64,000 bases of DNA, from the NCBI GenBank assembly GCA_045634005.1, contig JAZQZL010000058.1, forward strand, positions 9,665 through 73,664, written 5' to 3'. The stretch is from Candidatus Flemingiibacterium sp. GTDB taxonomy: Bacteria; Bacillota; Clostridia; Oscillospirales; CAG-272. A program made the translations under genes and the position numbers. The notes under the pieces are model-generated. The model saw only the letters and a program-made list of their open reading frames with translations. It did not search any database and was not told the DNA's origin. Below, in pieces: positions 1-10,229 of this stretch (position 1 is the stretch's first letter; each line of letters opens with the position of its first letter).

Positions 1-614
1 GAAAGTATCGCAGTCTTGCGGCAGGTGTCGATACCGTCAACGTCAGCGGAGGGGTCACGCTCTGCGTAGCCCTTCTCCTGCGCCTCTGCAAGAGCGGTGT
101 CAAAATCCTTATTCTCGTTTATCATCTGTGTGAGGATATAGTTGGTGGTACCGTTGAGAATACCGTTTACCTCGTTTATATCGTTCGCCGTCAGACAGCT
201 TGCAATCGGGTGAATGACGGGTATACCGCCGCCAACGCTCGCCTCGAAAAGATAGCGTACGCCGTTTTCCTTTGCGATCGCAAGGAGCTCGGGACCGAAG
301 GTGGCAACCACCTCTTTGTTGGAGGTGACCACACTCTTTCCCGCCTTCATCGCCGCGCTCGAAAACTCGAACGCAGGATGCGAGCCTCCCATAAGCTCTG
401 CACAAATCTTTACCTCGGGATCGTTTAATATCACGTTTACGTCGTGAACTATCTTATCGGCAAAGGGACTGTCCGGAAAATCGCGGAGATCGAGAATATA
501 CTTGATGTTTATATCGTCGCCCACGCGCTCGGAAATAAGCTTTGCGTTCTGTGTAAGAACCTCTGCCGTTCCGCTGCCTACTACTCCAAAACCGAATATT
601 GCTACGTTTATCAT
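1..614 (-). CDS. hom: homoserine dehydrogenase (N-terminal part; the gene runs off the left edge)
   Basis: Not in the ORF track because it is truncated. My translation of the minus strand from the ATG at 614-612 reads MINVAIFGFGVVGSGTAEVL...GGGIPVIHP...NGILNGTTNYILT...GYAERDPSADVDGID. These are typical Hom NAD-binding and catalytic motifs. An AAAGGA RBS lies upstream. Confidence 0.85.
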   Translation of the reverse strand, partial: MINVAIFGFGVVGSGTAEVLTQNAKLISERVGDDINIKYILDLRDFPDSPFADKIVHDVNVILNDPEVKICAELMGGSHPAFEFSSAAMKAGKSVVTSNKEVVATFGPELLAIAKENGVRYLFEASVGGGIPVIHPIASCLTANDINEVNGILNGTTNYILTQMINENKDFDTALAEAQEKGYAERDPSADVDGIDTCRKTAIL

Positions 615-682
615 TTGTAATTATCCTTTGCGTTTATGAAATATGTGCTTTATTTTATACCTTATTTTATGTGTCCGTGCTA

Positions 683-2119
683 TCAGGTAAGATAACGCAT
701 TATCGCTCTTACAAGAGAATAATCGTCATCGTACGGCCCATAGCGAAGCGGATTTAAGTCAACGTGCGACGATGCGCTGAGTATCGCCTTTTCTGTCGAG
801 AATGCATTAAAGCCCTTCTTTCCGCGGAAGCGACCGAGTGCGCTCACGCCTGTACCGCCGAACGAAAGGTTCGGATTAGCAAGCTGTACGATCGTATCGT
901 TTACACAGCCGCAGCCGAAATCAAGACTTTCGAGCACGAGCTTTCTCGTTGACTTATCTCTCGTAAAGAGATAGAGTGCTATCGGCTTCGGACGCTTGCG
1001 AAGCGTGCTTATCACCGCTCCAATATCATCAAACTCAAACACGGGAAGTATCGGACCGAAGATCTCCTCGGAAAGAAGCTTCGAGTTCTTATCGATATTT
1101 TCCATAAGGGTAAGCGAAATTCTGCCGGTTTCCGTATTAGTCTCGCCACCCATAATAACGTCACCGTCCTCGAGATAGTTTATGAGGCGGTCAAAGTGCA
1201 TACGGTTGATGATCTTCGGATACATCGTGTTGTCGCACGGATCGTCAGTACAGAATTTATCGTGATACTCTCTGATATAGGAGAGAAGCTCGTCCTTGAC
1301 CGAGCTCTCGACGAAGAGATAGTCGGGAGCGATGCTGGTCTGACCGGAGTTAATAAGCTTGCCCGTAACTATTCTTCTTGCCGCAAGCTTAAGGTTAGCA
1401 GTCTTGTCAACGATGCAAGGACTTTTTCCTCCAAGCTCAAGCACGACGGGGGTAAGCTGCGCCGCCGCTGCCTTCATGACAATACGCGCAACAGCCGCAC
1501 TGCCGTTATAGAAGATAAGACCGAACTGCCCTGTGCTTATCGCCTTGATAGCCTCAAAGCTGTCCATATACGCCGCGATATATTCACGGTCGAAGTAACG
1601 GTCGATAAGCTCGCAAAGAAGCGCGCTGGTGTTCGGTGCGTGCTCGGAGAGCTTGAGGATAGTACAGTTGCCTGCCGCGATAGAGGAAATGAGCGGCATC
1701 ATCGCAAGCTGGAAGGGATAGTTCCACGGCGAGAATATCATAACGAGTCCGCGCGGTGTAGGCTTCTTATAGCTTGCCGACGGGAACATATAAAACGGAG
1801 TGGGCACGACCTTAGGGGCATTCCACACCTTCAGATGGCGAAGTGTGTAGTTTATTTCCTGATCGACCATACCGATCTCGGTCATATATCCCTCCGCGTT
1901 CGACTTACCGAGGTCAGCGCGAAGCGCTTCAAGTATAAGTCCCTCGTTATCGCGGATCATTATTTTAAGATTTATGAGAAGCTGACGGCGGAAGGAAAGA
2001 TCGCGAGTTTTTCCCGTCTGGTAGAATTCACGCTGTGCAGTAATAATTCTGTCAAGACTGGGAGCGATTGCATTAACGCCGCGCGATTTGTTCTTCTGGT
2101 ATGTGCCTAATTTACTCAT
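683..2119 (-). CDS. NAD(P)-dependent aldehyde dehydrogenase family protein
   Basis: ORF 683..2203. I place the start at MSKLGTYQ (ATG 2119), preceded by GGAGGA. Aldehyde dehydrogenase hallmarks are present: FSPWNYPF, ELGGKSP, EEIFGPILPV. Confidence 0.85.
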   Translation of the reverse strand: MSKLGTYQKNKSRGVNAIAPSLDRIITAQREFYQTGKTRDLSFRRQLLINLKIMIRDNEGLILEALRADLGKSNAEGYMTEIGMVDQEINYTLRHLKVWNAPKVVPTPFYMFPSASYKKPTPRGLVMIFSPWNYPFQLAMMPLISSIAAGNCTILKLSEHAPNTSALLCELIDRYFDREYIAAYMDSFEAIKAISTGQFGLIFYNGSAAVARIVMKAAAAQLTPVVLELGGKSPCIVDKTANLKLAARRIVTGKLINSGQTSIAPDYLFVESSVKDELLSYIREYHDKFCTDDPCDNTMYPKIINRMHFDRLINYLEDGDVIMGGETNTETGRISLTLMENIDKNSKLLSEEIFGPILPVFEFDDIGAVISTLRKRPKPIALYLFTRDKSTRKLVLESLDFGCGCVNDTIVQLANPNLSFGGTGVSALGRFRGKKGFNAFSTEKAILSASSHVDLNPLRYGPYDDDYSLVRAIMRYLT

Positions 2120-2286
2120 CTGTATCCTCCGTGCGCATAATTTCATTAAGGGTACACTTTCACTTATACTAATATTATATACCATAAAGTGCGAAAAAAG
2201 CAACCCCTTCGGGCAGATTTAATTATTAAAAGTACAAATTGTGTAAAATGAACCGCGGTGCGGACTAATTCTTATAAAAAAACCAC

Positions 2287-2315
2287 TTGACAAAGAGGGC
2301 GCCGAGGTGTATAAT
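2287..2315 (+). promoter_or_regulatory. sigma-A type promoter of the thrS leader
   Basis: TTGACA (2287-2292), 17 nt spacer, TATAAT (2310-2315). Confidence 0.7.
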
Positions 2316-2321
2316 GTTATA

Positions 2322-2570
2322 AAGGCTGAACGGATATGCTTTCGTTTTGCGGTTTCAGAGAGGGGCGCGGTGCTGTGAGCGTCCTACCGTGTGCGATTTG
2401 CCAAGACCGCCGTTTATATAAAGCTTCGCGCAGGAAATGGCGCGACGGCGCCGCCGTTATACGGACACGCGGTATATGCCGCAGTTATGAGTTAAAAATT
2501 CGGGTGGAACCGTGGGAATTATCTCACCCCGAGGGTATGATTTTATTATTATGCCTCGGGGTGTTTTTGT
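2322..2570 (+). promoter_or_regulatory. T-box leader (tRNA-sensing riboswitch) controlling thrS
   Basis: AGAGA box near 2358. The T-box sequence AAAUUCGGGUGGAACCGUGGGA lies at 2496-2517. The terminator stem is CACCCCGAGG (2525-2534) paired with CCTCGGGGTG (2554-2563), followed by TTTTTG. Candidate Thr ACC specifier triplets are at 2386-2388 and 2406-2408. Confidence 0.85.
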
Positions 2571-2604
2571 ATCCTCGGGCAACACGAAAGGAATGGTATT
2601 TACA

Positions 2605-4539
2605 ATGTTCACGATCAAATTTGACGGCATCGACGCCATTGAGTTCGACGCTCCCATTACCGTCTACGAGGCGGCAAAGGCGCAGAATCTTACCGACCGC
2701 TCCTCTCTCGCAGCAAGCGTTAACGGAAACACCGTTGCTCTTTCCTACGAGCTGAATGCGGACGCAGACGTTAAGATCCTCACCTTCGAGCATGCTGACG
2801 GCAAGCACGTTTTCTGGCACACTGCATCGCACATTCTCGCGCAGGCAGTTAAGCGCCTCTATCCCGCAGCGAAGCTGACTATCGGTCCCGCGATCGACAA
2901 CGGCTTCTACTACGACATCGACAGCGACGTTGCATTCACCCCCGACATTCTCGCAAATATCGAGGCTGAAATGCAGAAGATCGTTAAGGAAAACCTCCTT
3001 ATCGAGCGCTTCACCCTTCCCCGCGATGAAGCTATCAAGCTTATGACCGAGAAGGACGAGCCCTACAAGGTTCAGCTTATTGAAGAGCTTCCCGAGGGCG
3101 AAGAAATTTCCTTCTACAAGCAGGGCGAGTTCACCGACCTCTGCGCAGGCCCGCATATCTTCTCGACCGGTGCTGTAAAGGCACTCAAGCTTATCCAGTG
3201 CACCGGCGCATATTGGAAGGGCGATCAGGCAAACAAGCAGCTTCAGCGTATCTACGGCGTTGCATTCCCTGCAAAGGATATGCTTAAGGCTCACCTTGAG
3301 GCAGTAGAGGAAGCAAAGAAGCGCGATCACAACAAGCTCGGCCGTGAGCTCGAGCTCTTCACCACCGTTGACGTTATCGGTCAGGGTCTGCCGATCATGC
3401 TTCCCAAGGGCGCAAGAATCGTTCAGCTTCTCCAGAGATGGATCGAGGACGAGGAACAGAAGCGCGGCTACCTTCTGACTAAGACTCCGCTTATGGCAAA
3501 GTCCGACCTTTACAAAATCTCCGGTCACTGGGGACACTACAAGGAGGGTATGTTCGTACTCGGCGACGAGGAAAAGGACAAGGAAGTATTCGCACTCCGT
3601 CCTATGACCTGTCCCTTCCAGTATCAGGTATTTTTAAACCGTCAGCGCTCCTACCGTGACCTCCCGATGCGTCTTGGCGAAACCTCCACGCTCTTCCGCA
3701 ACGAAGATAGCGGCGAGATGCACGGCCTTATCAGAGTACGTCAGTTCACCATCTCCGAGGGACACCTCATCCTTCGTCCCGAGCAGCTCGAAGAAGAGTT
3801 CAAGGGATGCGTTGAGCTTGCAAAGTACACGCTCGACACGCTCGGCCTTGGCGAGGACGTCACCTACCGCTTCTCGCAGTGGGACCCTAACAACCGCGAC
3901 AAGTACGAGGGCACTGACGAGCAGTGGGCAGAGGCACAGGATGCTATGAAGAAGATCCTCGACAACCTCGGCATCGAATATGCTGTAGGTATCGGCGAGG
4001 CTGCATTCTACGGTCCGAAGCTCGACATTCAGATAAAGAACGTACACGGCAAGGAAGACACGCTTATCACCATTCAGATCGACCAGCTTCTCGCTGAAAA
4101 GTTCGGTATGGAGTACATTGACGTTGACGGTCAGAAGCGCCGCCCGTACATTATCCACCGCACCTCCGTCGGCTGCTACGAGAGAACCCTCGCACTTCTC
4201 ATCGAGAAGTACGCAGGCGCGTTCCCGATGTGGCTCGCACCCACGCAGGTTGCTATTCTCCCCATCGGCTTCGAGCAGCACGAGTACGCAGAAGCGCTTA
4301 ACGCAAAGCTCGAGGCAGCAGGCATCCGCACCTTCCTCGACGAGCGCAACGAAAAGATCGGCTACAAGATCCGCTCGGCACAGCTTGACAAGATCCCGTA
4401 TATGCTCGTTATCGGCGCAAACGAGGTTGAAGCAGGCACCGTTGCGGTACGTTCGCGCAAGGAGGGCGATCTCGGCGCGATGAGCGGCGACGAGTTCCTT
4501 TCCAAGGCACTCACCGAAATCGCAACCAAGGCAAGATAA
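2605..4539 (+). CDS. thrS: threonine--tRNA ligase
   Basis: ORF 2512..4539. Start chosen at MFTIKFDG (ATG 2605), with GAAAGGA 12 nt upstream; ATG 2593 is also possible. The translation shows a TGS domain, the editing-domain HTASHILA motif and class II core motifs (RPMTCPFQ, FRNEDSGEMHGLIRVRQF). Confidence 0.95.
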   Translation: MFTIKFDGIDAIEFDAPITVYEAAKAQNLTDRSSLAASVNGNTVALSYELNADADVKILTFEHADGKHVFWHTASHILAQAVKRLYPAAKLTIGPAIDNGFYYDIDSDVAFTPDILANIEAEMQKIVKENLLIERFTLPRDEAIKLMTEKDEPYKVQLIEELPEGEEISFYKQGEFTDLCAGPHIFSTGAVKALKLIQCTGAYWKGDQANKQLQRIYGVAFPAKDMLKAHLEAVEEAKKRDHNKLGRELELFTTVDVIGQGLPIMLPKGARIVQLLQRWIEDEEQKRGYLLTKTPLMAKSDLYKISGHWGHYKEGMFVLGDEEKDKEVFALRPMTCPFQYQVFLNRQRSYRDLPMRLGETSTLFRNEDSGEMHGLIRVRQFTISEGHLILRPEQLEEEFKGCVELAKYTLDTLGLGEDVTYRFSQWDPNNRDKYEGTDEQWAEAQDAMKKILDNLGIEYAVGIGEAAFYGPKLDIQIKNVHGKEDTLITIQIDQLLAEKFGMEYIDVDGQKRRPYIIHRTSVGCYERTLALLIEKYAGAFPMWLAPTQVAILPIGFEQHEYAEALNAKLEAAGIRTFLDERNEKIGYKIRSAQLDKIPYMLVIGANEVEAGTVAVRSRKEGDLGAMSGDEFLSKALTEIATKAR

Positions 4540-4561
4540 GTTAAGTTAAATTAAATAAAAG

Positions 4562-4594
4562 AAAGAGCTCGGCTTGATGCCGAGCTCTTTTTGT
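4562..4594. terminator. bidirectional intrinsic terminator between convergent thrS and leuS
   Basis: Stem AGAGCTCGG / CCGAGCTCT with a short loop, flanked by an A-run upstream and a T-run downstream. Confidence 0.75.
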
Positions 4595-4600
4595 ATGATT

Positions 4601-7003
4601 TTATCTTACAACGATGTTAACGATCTTGCCGGGAACACTGATTTCCTTAACGATCGTCTTGCCCTCGAGGTACTGTGCCATACGCTCGTCAGCCTTAACG
4701 AGTGCGATAGCGTCGTCCTTGGAGGTGTCTGCTGGGATTTCCTTGGTGAACTTAAGCTTGCCGCTTACCTGAACTGCGATCTCTACGGTGGAGTCAACAG
4801 TCTTAGCATCATCCCACTCGGGCCACTGTGCGAGCGCGCAAAGCGTCTTGTTGCCGAGAGTTTCCCAAATTTCCTCGCAAAGGTGAGGAGCGAACGGGCA
4901 AAGCAAACGAACGAAGATACCGAGCTCGTCGCGAGTGAGCGATCCAACCTCGTAGATTTCGTTGATGAGGCTCATAAGCGATGCGATCGCGGTGTTGAAC
5001 TTCATCTCCTCGATGTCACACGAAACCTTCTTAATTGTCTTGTGGAAGGACGATTCAAGCTTCGCGGTAACGCCCTCACCGTTTGCCATGTCAAGAAGAC
5101 CTGCAACGCGGTCGAGGAAACGCTTACATCCGCGAACGGAGTCCTCATTCCACGGAGCCGCGGAAGCGTAGTCACCCATAAAGAGAATATAAACGCGAAG
5201 TACGTCTGCACCGAACTTGTCAACAACCTCGTTGGGGTCAACGACGTTGCCCTTGGACTTGGACATCTTATCTCCGTCCGGACCGAGGATAAGTCCCTGC
5301 GCGGTACGCTTTGCGTACGGCTCGTCAACCGGAACCTCGCCGATATCGTAGAGGAAGCGGTGCCAGAAGCGAGAGTAGATAAGGTGACGGGTAACGTGCT
5401 CCATACCGCCGTTGTACCAGTCAACAGGGAGCCAATATTCGAGCGCTTCCTTGGAGGCAAACGCCTCGGTGTTGTGCGGATCGCAGTAGCGAAGGAAATA
5501 CCACGACGAGCCCGCCCACTGAGGCATGGTGTCAGTTTCACGCTTTGCGGGCTGTCCGCACTTCGGGCAGGTGCAGTTTACGAACGAATCGATCTTCGCA
5601 AGAGGAGATTCGCCGCCCTCACCGGGTGCAAAGTTCTCCATATTGGGAAGGCGGAGCGGAAGCTCCTCGTAAGGAACGCCAACCATGCCGCAATGCTCGC
5701 AGTGTACTATCGGAATAGGCTCGCCCCAATATCTCTGACGGTTGAATGCCCAGTCCTTCATCTTGTACTGGATACCCTTTTCGCCAACGCCCTTTTCTGC
5801 AAGATATGCGAGCATCTTCGCGATCGCTTCCTTCTTGGTTGCGATGCCGTTGAGGAATTCGGAGTTGATCATCTCGCCGTCGCCGGTGTAGGCTTCCTTC
5901 GAGATATCGCCGCCCTTTATTACCTCGATTATGTCGATACCGAACTTCTTTGCGAAGTCGTAGTCACGCTCATCGTGCGCGGGAACTGCCATGATAGCAC
6001 CCGTGCCGTAGCCCATCATTACGTAGTCGGCAACGTAGATCGGAATCTCCTTGCCGTTTGCGGGATTGATAGCCGCAAGGCCCTCGATGCGAACACCGGT
6101 CTTGTCCTTAACAAGCTGGGTACGCTCCAACTCGGTCTTCTTTGCACACTCGGTCTTGTAAGCCTCAAGCGCATCCATATTGGTGATGCGGGAAGCGTAC
6201 TTTTCGATGATAGGATGCTCGGGCGCGATAACCATAAAGGTTACGCCGAACATCGTGTCGGGACGGGTAGTATAGATACGGAGATAGTCGTCGGTGCCTG
6301 CGATAGTGAAGTTTGCAAATGCGCCCTCGGAGCGGCCGATCCAGTTCTCCTGCTGGAGCTTAACGTTGGGAAGGTAGTCAACCTTGTCAAGTCCCCCGAG
6401 AAGCTTGTCAGCATACTCGGTGATGCGCAGATACCAAACGTCCTTCGACTTCTGAATAATATCGCTGTGGCAGATGTCACACTTACCTCCCTGCGAGTCC
6501 TCGTTTGAGAGAACGCACTTACAGCTCGGGCAGTAGTTAACGAGAGTGGTTGCACGGAACACGAGTCCCTCGTCGAACATCTTTCTGAATATCCACTGGG
6601 TCCACTTATAGTAGTCCTCCTCGGTGGTGTCGACAACTCTGTCCCAGTCGAACGAGAAGCCTACGCGCTTAAGCTGCGAGGTGAACTTTGCGATGTTGTT
6701 GTCAGTAACCTGACGGGGATGGATACCGGTCTTGATAGCATAGTTTTCGGTAGGCAGACCGTAAGCGTCGAAGCCTATCGGGAAGAGGACGTTGTAGCCC
6801 TGCATTCTTCTCTTGCGGGATACTACCTCAAGTCCGGAATAAGCCTTGATGTGTCCGACGTGCATACCTGCACCCGACGGATACGGGAACTCAACCAGCG
6901 CATAAAACTTCTGCTTTGAGCGATCCTCGGTTGCCTTGAAAACGCCCTCGGCGTCCCATCTGTCCTGCCACTTCTTTTCAGTGGCGCAAAAATCGTACTT
7001 CAT
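4601..7003 (-). CDS. leuS: leucine--tRNA ligase
   Basis: ORF 4601..7159. Start at MKYDFCATEKKWQDRW (ATG 7003). Both the HIGH motif (HVGH) and the KMSKS motif are present. Confidence 0.95.
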   Translation of the reverse strand: MKYDFCATEKKWQDRWDAEGVFKATEDRSKQKFYALVEFPYPSGAGMHVGHIKAYSGLEVVSRKRRMQGYNVLFPIGFDAYGLPTENYAIKTGIHPRQVTDNNIAKFTSQLKRVGFSFDWDRVVDTTEEDYYKWTQWIFRKMFDEGLVFRATTLVNYCPSCKCVLSNEDSQGGKCDICHSDIIQKSKDVWYLRITEYADKLLGGLDKVDYLPNVKLQQENWIGRSEGAFANFTIAGTDDYLRIYTTRPDTMFGVTFMVIAPEHPIIEKYASRITNMDALEAYKTECAKKTELERTQLVKDKTGVRIEGLAAINPANGKEIPIYVADYVMMGYGTGAIMAVPAHDERDYDFAKKFGIDIIEVIKGGDISKEAYTGDGEMINSEFLNGIATKKEAIAKMLAYLAEKGVGEKGIQYKMKDWAFNRQRYWGEPIPIVHCEHCGMVGVPYEELPLRLPNMENFAPGEGGESPLAKIDSFVNCTCPKCGQPAKRETDTMPQWAGSSWYFLRYCDPHNTEAFASKEALEYWLPVDWYNGGMEHVTRHLIYSRFWHRFLYDIGEVPVDEPYAKRTAQGLILGPDGDKMSKSKGNVVDPNEVVDKFGADVLRVYILFMGDYASAAPWNEDSVRGCKRFLDRVAGLLDMANGEGVTAKLESSFHKTIKKVSCDIEEMKFNTAIASLMSLINEIYEVGSLTRDELGIFVRLLCPFAPHLCEEIWETLGNKTLCALAQWPEWDDAKTVDSTVEIAVQVSGKLKFTKEIPADTSKDDAIALVKADERMAQYLEGKTIVKEISVPGKIVNIVVR

Positions 7004-7029
7004 TTTTTGAACCTCTATATATGAATTTT

Positions 7030-7443
7030 TTATTTTACAAGAATGTCGGAAATGTCGATGCTCTCTGCATCTGCCCAAAGCTTTTCGAGCTTGTAGAACT
7101 CGCGGTTTTCGCGGTTCATAACGTGAACGATAACCGTGCCGAAATCGACCGCGATCCACTCGCCCTCCGAGTATCCGTCCATATGACGAACCTCAACTCC
7201 GCAAAGACCGAGCTTGTACTCTGCCTCGCCGGCGAGCGCCTTAACGTTCGTGTTCGACGTACCTCCGCAGATTACGAAATAGTCCGCTATGATAGTCTTG
7301 TCGGAAACGTGAATAAGCTTTATGTCACGACCCTTTTTCATATCGAGCACGTGAACAAGCGTCTTTGCGATCTCAAGCGGATCCGCATTAGTAAGATCCG
7401 GATGATTTTCCGGAGTTATCATATCAATATTAGTGTTGTCCAT
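7030..7443 (-). CDS. rsfS: ribosome silencing factor RsfS (iojap family)
   Basis: 137 aa with typical RsfS sequence (IADYFVICGGTSNTNVKAL...DYSEGEWIAVDFGTVIVHVM). It sits in the conserved yqeK-rsfS neighbourhood. Confidence 0.9.
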   Translation of the reverse strand: MDNTNIDMITPENHPDLTNADPLEIAKTLVHVLDMKKGRDIKLIHVSDKTIIADYFVICGGTSNTNVKALAGEAEYKLGLCGVEVRHMDGYSEGEWIAVDFGTVIVHVMNRENREFYKLEKLWADAESIDISDILVK

Positions 7444-7461
7444 TTATATTTCCTTTCAAAA

Positions 7462-8646
7462 TCAGTTCATCGGTATCGTAATTCCGCTACTATCTATATC
7501 GTCCGCGTGCTCAACTCTCACGTCGGTCGGCTCTGCAAAATAGATATTTGCAAACACACTGTAATCCTCATCGGTAAATGCGTGTGTAGGGTCAAACATC
7601 TCGTCGGTGATCGGCTTATCGTAAACGTTAAAGTACTCGTTCACAAGCATCAGCGTATCCGCTCTGTGCATAACGTAGTACCACGCGCCCGTGCTTGACG
7701 AGCGTGCATCTCCTCCGGGCAGCGTTATCATTGATATGTTGCTCATATCAACTCCAAGCAGCTCTTTTGCGTATATAATAACGTCCGCAAGCGAAAGATC
7801 GGTGGTAACGTATTTGAATAGCTGCTCAACGAGCGCAGGTGCACTCGTGACAGTCAGATTATTTTTAAGCTGCTTAAACAGCGCCGTCAAAAATATCTTC
7901 TGCGCGTTAACACGTCCGATGTCACCCTGAACGTAATCGGCTCTGAAGCGCACAAACATTTCCGCCTCGGCTCCGTTTAAAACGCGCGGACCTGCCGGTA
8001 AAGATATGTCAAGCCCCTGATACGGGTCGTGGTATTCCATATCAAACGGAACGTCCATATAAACGCCGCCGATAACGTTGATTATATTTCTGAAGCCCTC
8101 AAGATTTACCATCGCATATCCGTCGATCTGAACGCACATGCTCTTTTCAATGCTTTCAACTGCGCCCTGCATTCCCGCACGGAGAAGCTCGTCGGACGAA
8201 AGCGAGGAATCGTTATTATACGCTTCCTGACGCTTTAGCTTCATCATAGTATTAATTCTTCCGCGCACTCCGTCTATCTCGATGTACGTGTCGCGCGGTA
8301 TCTGCAGAACGCTGATACTTCCCTCTCGCATATTAAAGTTGACAAGCATCATAACGTCGGTGTTCCAAGCATCCTTGTCGCGGCCGGCGATAAGGAAGTT
8401 CACTGACTCCGTATCGCGCACAAAGCCATCGTCGGAGAGCGCAGTATCCTCGCCCGTGTTATCGCCGGGAACGATGTCCACGTTGAAGGGCGGCGCATCC
8501 GTATCGACCGATGGGCGATAGACGCGAAGGAAGGTTGCCGCACCGATCACAGTAGCAAGTGCCATAGCGGCAACAACGCCAAGAACTATCCAAAGAATGG
8601 GCAACCGCCTCTTTTTAGGATGTCTTTTATACGGCTCCGTGTTCAT
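7462..8646 (-). CDS. LCP (LytR-CpsA-Psr) family protein
   Basis: N-terminal TM helix followed by an LCP core (NFLIAGRDKD...TDVMMLVNFN...SVLQIPRDTY). Confidence 0.85.
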   Translation of the reverse strand: MNTEPYKRHPKKRRLPILWIVLGVVAAMALATVIGAATFLRVYRPSVDTDAPPFNVDIVPGDNTGEDTALSDDGFVRDTESVNFLIAGRDKDAWNTDVMMLVNFNMREGSISVLQIPRDTYIEIDGVRGRINTMMKLKRQEAYNNDSSLSSDELLRAGMQGAVESIEKSMCVQIDGYAMVNLEGFRNIINVIGGVYMDVPFDMEYHDPYQGLDISLPAGPRVLNGAEAEMFVRFRADYVQGDIGRVNAQKIFLTALFKQLKNNLTVTSAPALVEQLFKYVTTDLSLADVIIYAKELLGVDMSNISMITLPGGDARSSSTGAWYYVMHRADTLMLVNEYFNVYDKPITDEMFDPTHAFTDEDYSVFANIYFAEPTDVRVEHADDIDSSGITIPMN

Positions 8647-9274
8647 TTTCCAGCCTGCCTTTCATAATGAAACTGTTTCTTGCCGACACTGTATCGAGAT
8701 GTATCGGCATTCTATCCTCACAAAGCTCACGCACCGTCATATCGAGCGCTAATATCATAGTGTCGTTAAGATGTGTCATTTTATTCTCGGCGCGCTCAAG
8801 TCCGCTCCAGAAAAACTCGCGAAGCTCAACGCACGACGGGAACGTACGCGTGTCCTCAATATAGTCCGCAAGAAAAAGTAACTGCTCCGAGAGCGTCATA
8901 TCGGCATGCCCCGTGGTATGCCATCTGACCGCCGACAAAAGCTCGTCCGTGGCAAATTCGGGAAAATCGCGCTTTATCACCGCAGGTGCGGTACGCGAAT
9001 GAAATATTTTCGGAGTGGCAATTTCTTCTTCTGTGTATATTATACCAAACTCATCGCACAATTGCAACTGTTTTGTTATGGGAAGCTCCTTTGTTATATC
9101 GTGAAGCAGAGCCGCCGCGTGAAGAACGTATTCCTTCTCAGGTGCGTACACATTCGCAAGCTTTTCTATCTCCGTTTCCACCGCCAATGTGTGAAGCAGG
9201 CGCTTGCCGCTCATATATCTGCTGATTTTCGCGCGCAGCCCGTCAAGTGCGCGTTTGTTTTCTTCGTTCATCAT
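8627..9274 (-). CDS. yqeK: HD-domain bis(5'-nucleosyl)-tetraphosphatase YqeK
   Basis: HD motif (LLHDITKE) and a position directly downstream of nadD, overlapping it by 4 nt. Confidence 0.85.
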   Translation of the reverse strand: MMNEENKRALDGLRAKISRYMSGKRLLHTLAVETEIEKLANVYAPEKEYVLHAAALLHDITKELPITKQLQLCDEFGIIYTEEEIATPKIFHSRTAPAVIKRDFPEFATDELLSAVRWHTTGHADMTLSEQLLFLADYIEDTRTFPSCVELREFFWSGLERAENKMTHLNDTMILALDMTVRELCEDRMPIHLDTVSARNSFIMKGRLENEHGAV

Positions 9275-9906
9275 TTGTTCGTCCTATATAAACCGTTATC
9301 GTTAATATATCTTATAACGCCGCTTGGAACAAGTCCGTCGAGCGCCTCGCCGTTTGCAATACGCTCGCGTACCGTCGCTGACGAAATAAGCATCGGCTCT
9401 GTATCAATAACGCTGACACGCGCACCGTATCGCTCACAGTACTCCGCTGTGCGCATATCGATCAGCTCGGTATTCGCCGCATCGGATTCGCGCCGCGCCA
9501 ACACGATATCCGCAAGTGCAAAGATTTCCTTTGCGCGGTACCATTTTCCAAGTATAAGGAACATATCCGTGCCGACGAGCAGGTAGAGCTGTCTGTCGGG
9601 CGCGGCAAAACGCTCAAGCGTATCGGCGGTGTAGCATTTTTCCTCACGCGATATTTCCGCGTCGGACACGCATATCCGCCCTTCGGCATACGCATCGCAC
9701 TCGCAAAACGCAAGCTTTGCCATCAGAAGTCGGTCAGTCGCGCTCACGCCCTCGACCGCCGCCTTTGAGTGTGGCGTCGAATTTGGAACGACGTAAAGCT
9801 TATCAAGCGACATTTCCTCAAAAAAGCGAAGTGCCGCATTTACGTGACCTAAATGTATTGGCGAAAACGTTCCGCCGTATATGCCGACTCTTTCTTTTCG
9901 GCTCAT
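9271..9906 (-). CDS. nadD: nicotinate-nucleotide adenylyltransferase
   Basis: GIYGGTFSPIHLGHV nucleotidyltransferase motif, and synteny with yhbY and yqeK. Confidence 0.9.
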   Translation of the reverse strand: MSRKERVGIYGGTFSPIHLGHVNAALRFFEEMSLDKLYVVPNSTPHSKAAVEGVSATDRLLMAKLAFCECDAYAEGRICVSDAEISREEKCYTADTLERFAAPDRQLYLLVGTDMFLILGKWYRAKEIFALADIVLARRESDAANTELIDMRTAEYCERYGARVSVIDTEPMLISSATVRERIANGEALDGLVPSGVIRYINDNGLYRTNK

Positions 9907-10205
9907 TATTTAACGAGCGAAAGGTCTATCTTCTTGTGGTCAACAGACTCGCGGTAAAGCACGAATCTCGTGCCGATGACCTGCACTACGTCCGCACCGA
10001 CAGCCTCGGCGATCTCGCTTGCAGCTTCCTTTGCATTGTAGTCGCAGTTGTCAAGCACGCGGAGCTTGATAAGCTCGCGCGCCTCAAGCGCATTCGATAT
10101 CTGCTCACACATATTCTCCGATATTCCGCCCTTTCCGACCTGGAATATCGTATCGTAAGACTGCGCCATACTGCGAAGGTAAGCGCGCTGTTTGCTTGTT
10201 AACAT
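9906..10205 (-). CDS. yhbY: RNA-binding protein YhbY (CRM domain)
   Basis: ORF 9906..10265. Start at MLTSKQRAYLRS (ATG 10205), with AAGGAGA upstream. The CRS1/YhbY motif GKGG is present. Confidence 0.85.
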   Translation of the reverse strand: MLTSKQRAYLRSMAQSYDTIFQVGKGGISENMCEQISNALEARELIKLRVLDNCDYNAKEAASEIAEAVGADVVQVIGTRFVLYRESVDHKKIDLSLVK

Positions 10206-10229
10206 ATGTTTCTCCTTGAGATTATGAAT

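Noticed and set aside
109-428. ORFs 109..405 (-) and 210..428 (+) from the ORF track.
   Set aside because: Both lie inside, and out of frame with, the clearly recognisable truncated homoserine dehydrogenase gene (1..614, minus strand).
2336-2755. A 139-aa ORF, plus the 5' extension of the thrS ORF from 2512, covering the thrS leader.
   Set aside because: The region is a T-box leader with a terminator. The ORFs have no RBS and an Arg-rich nonsense composition.
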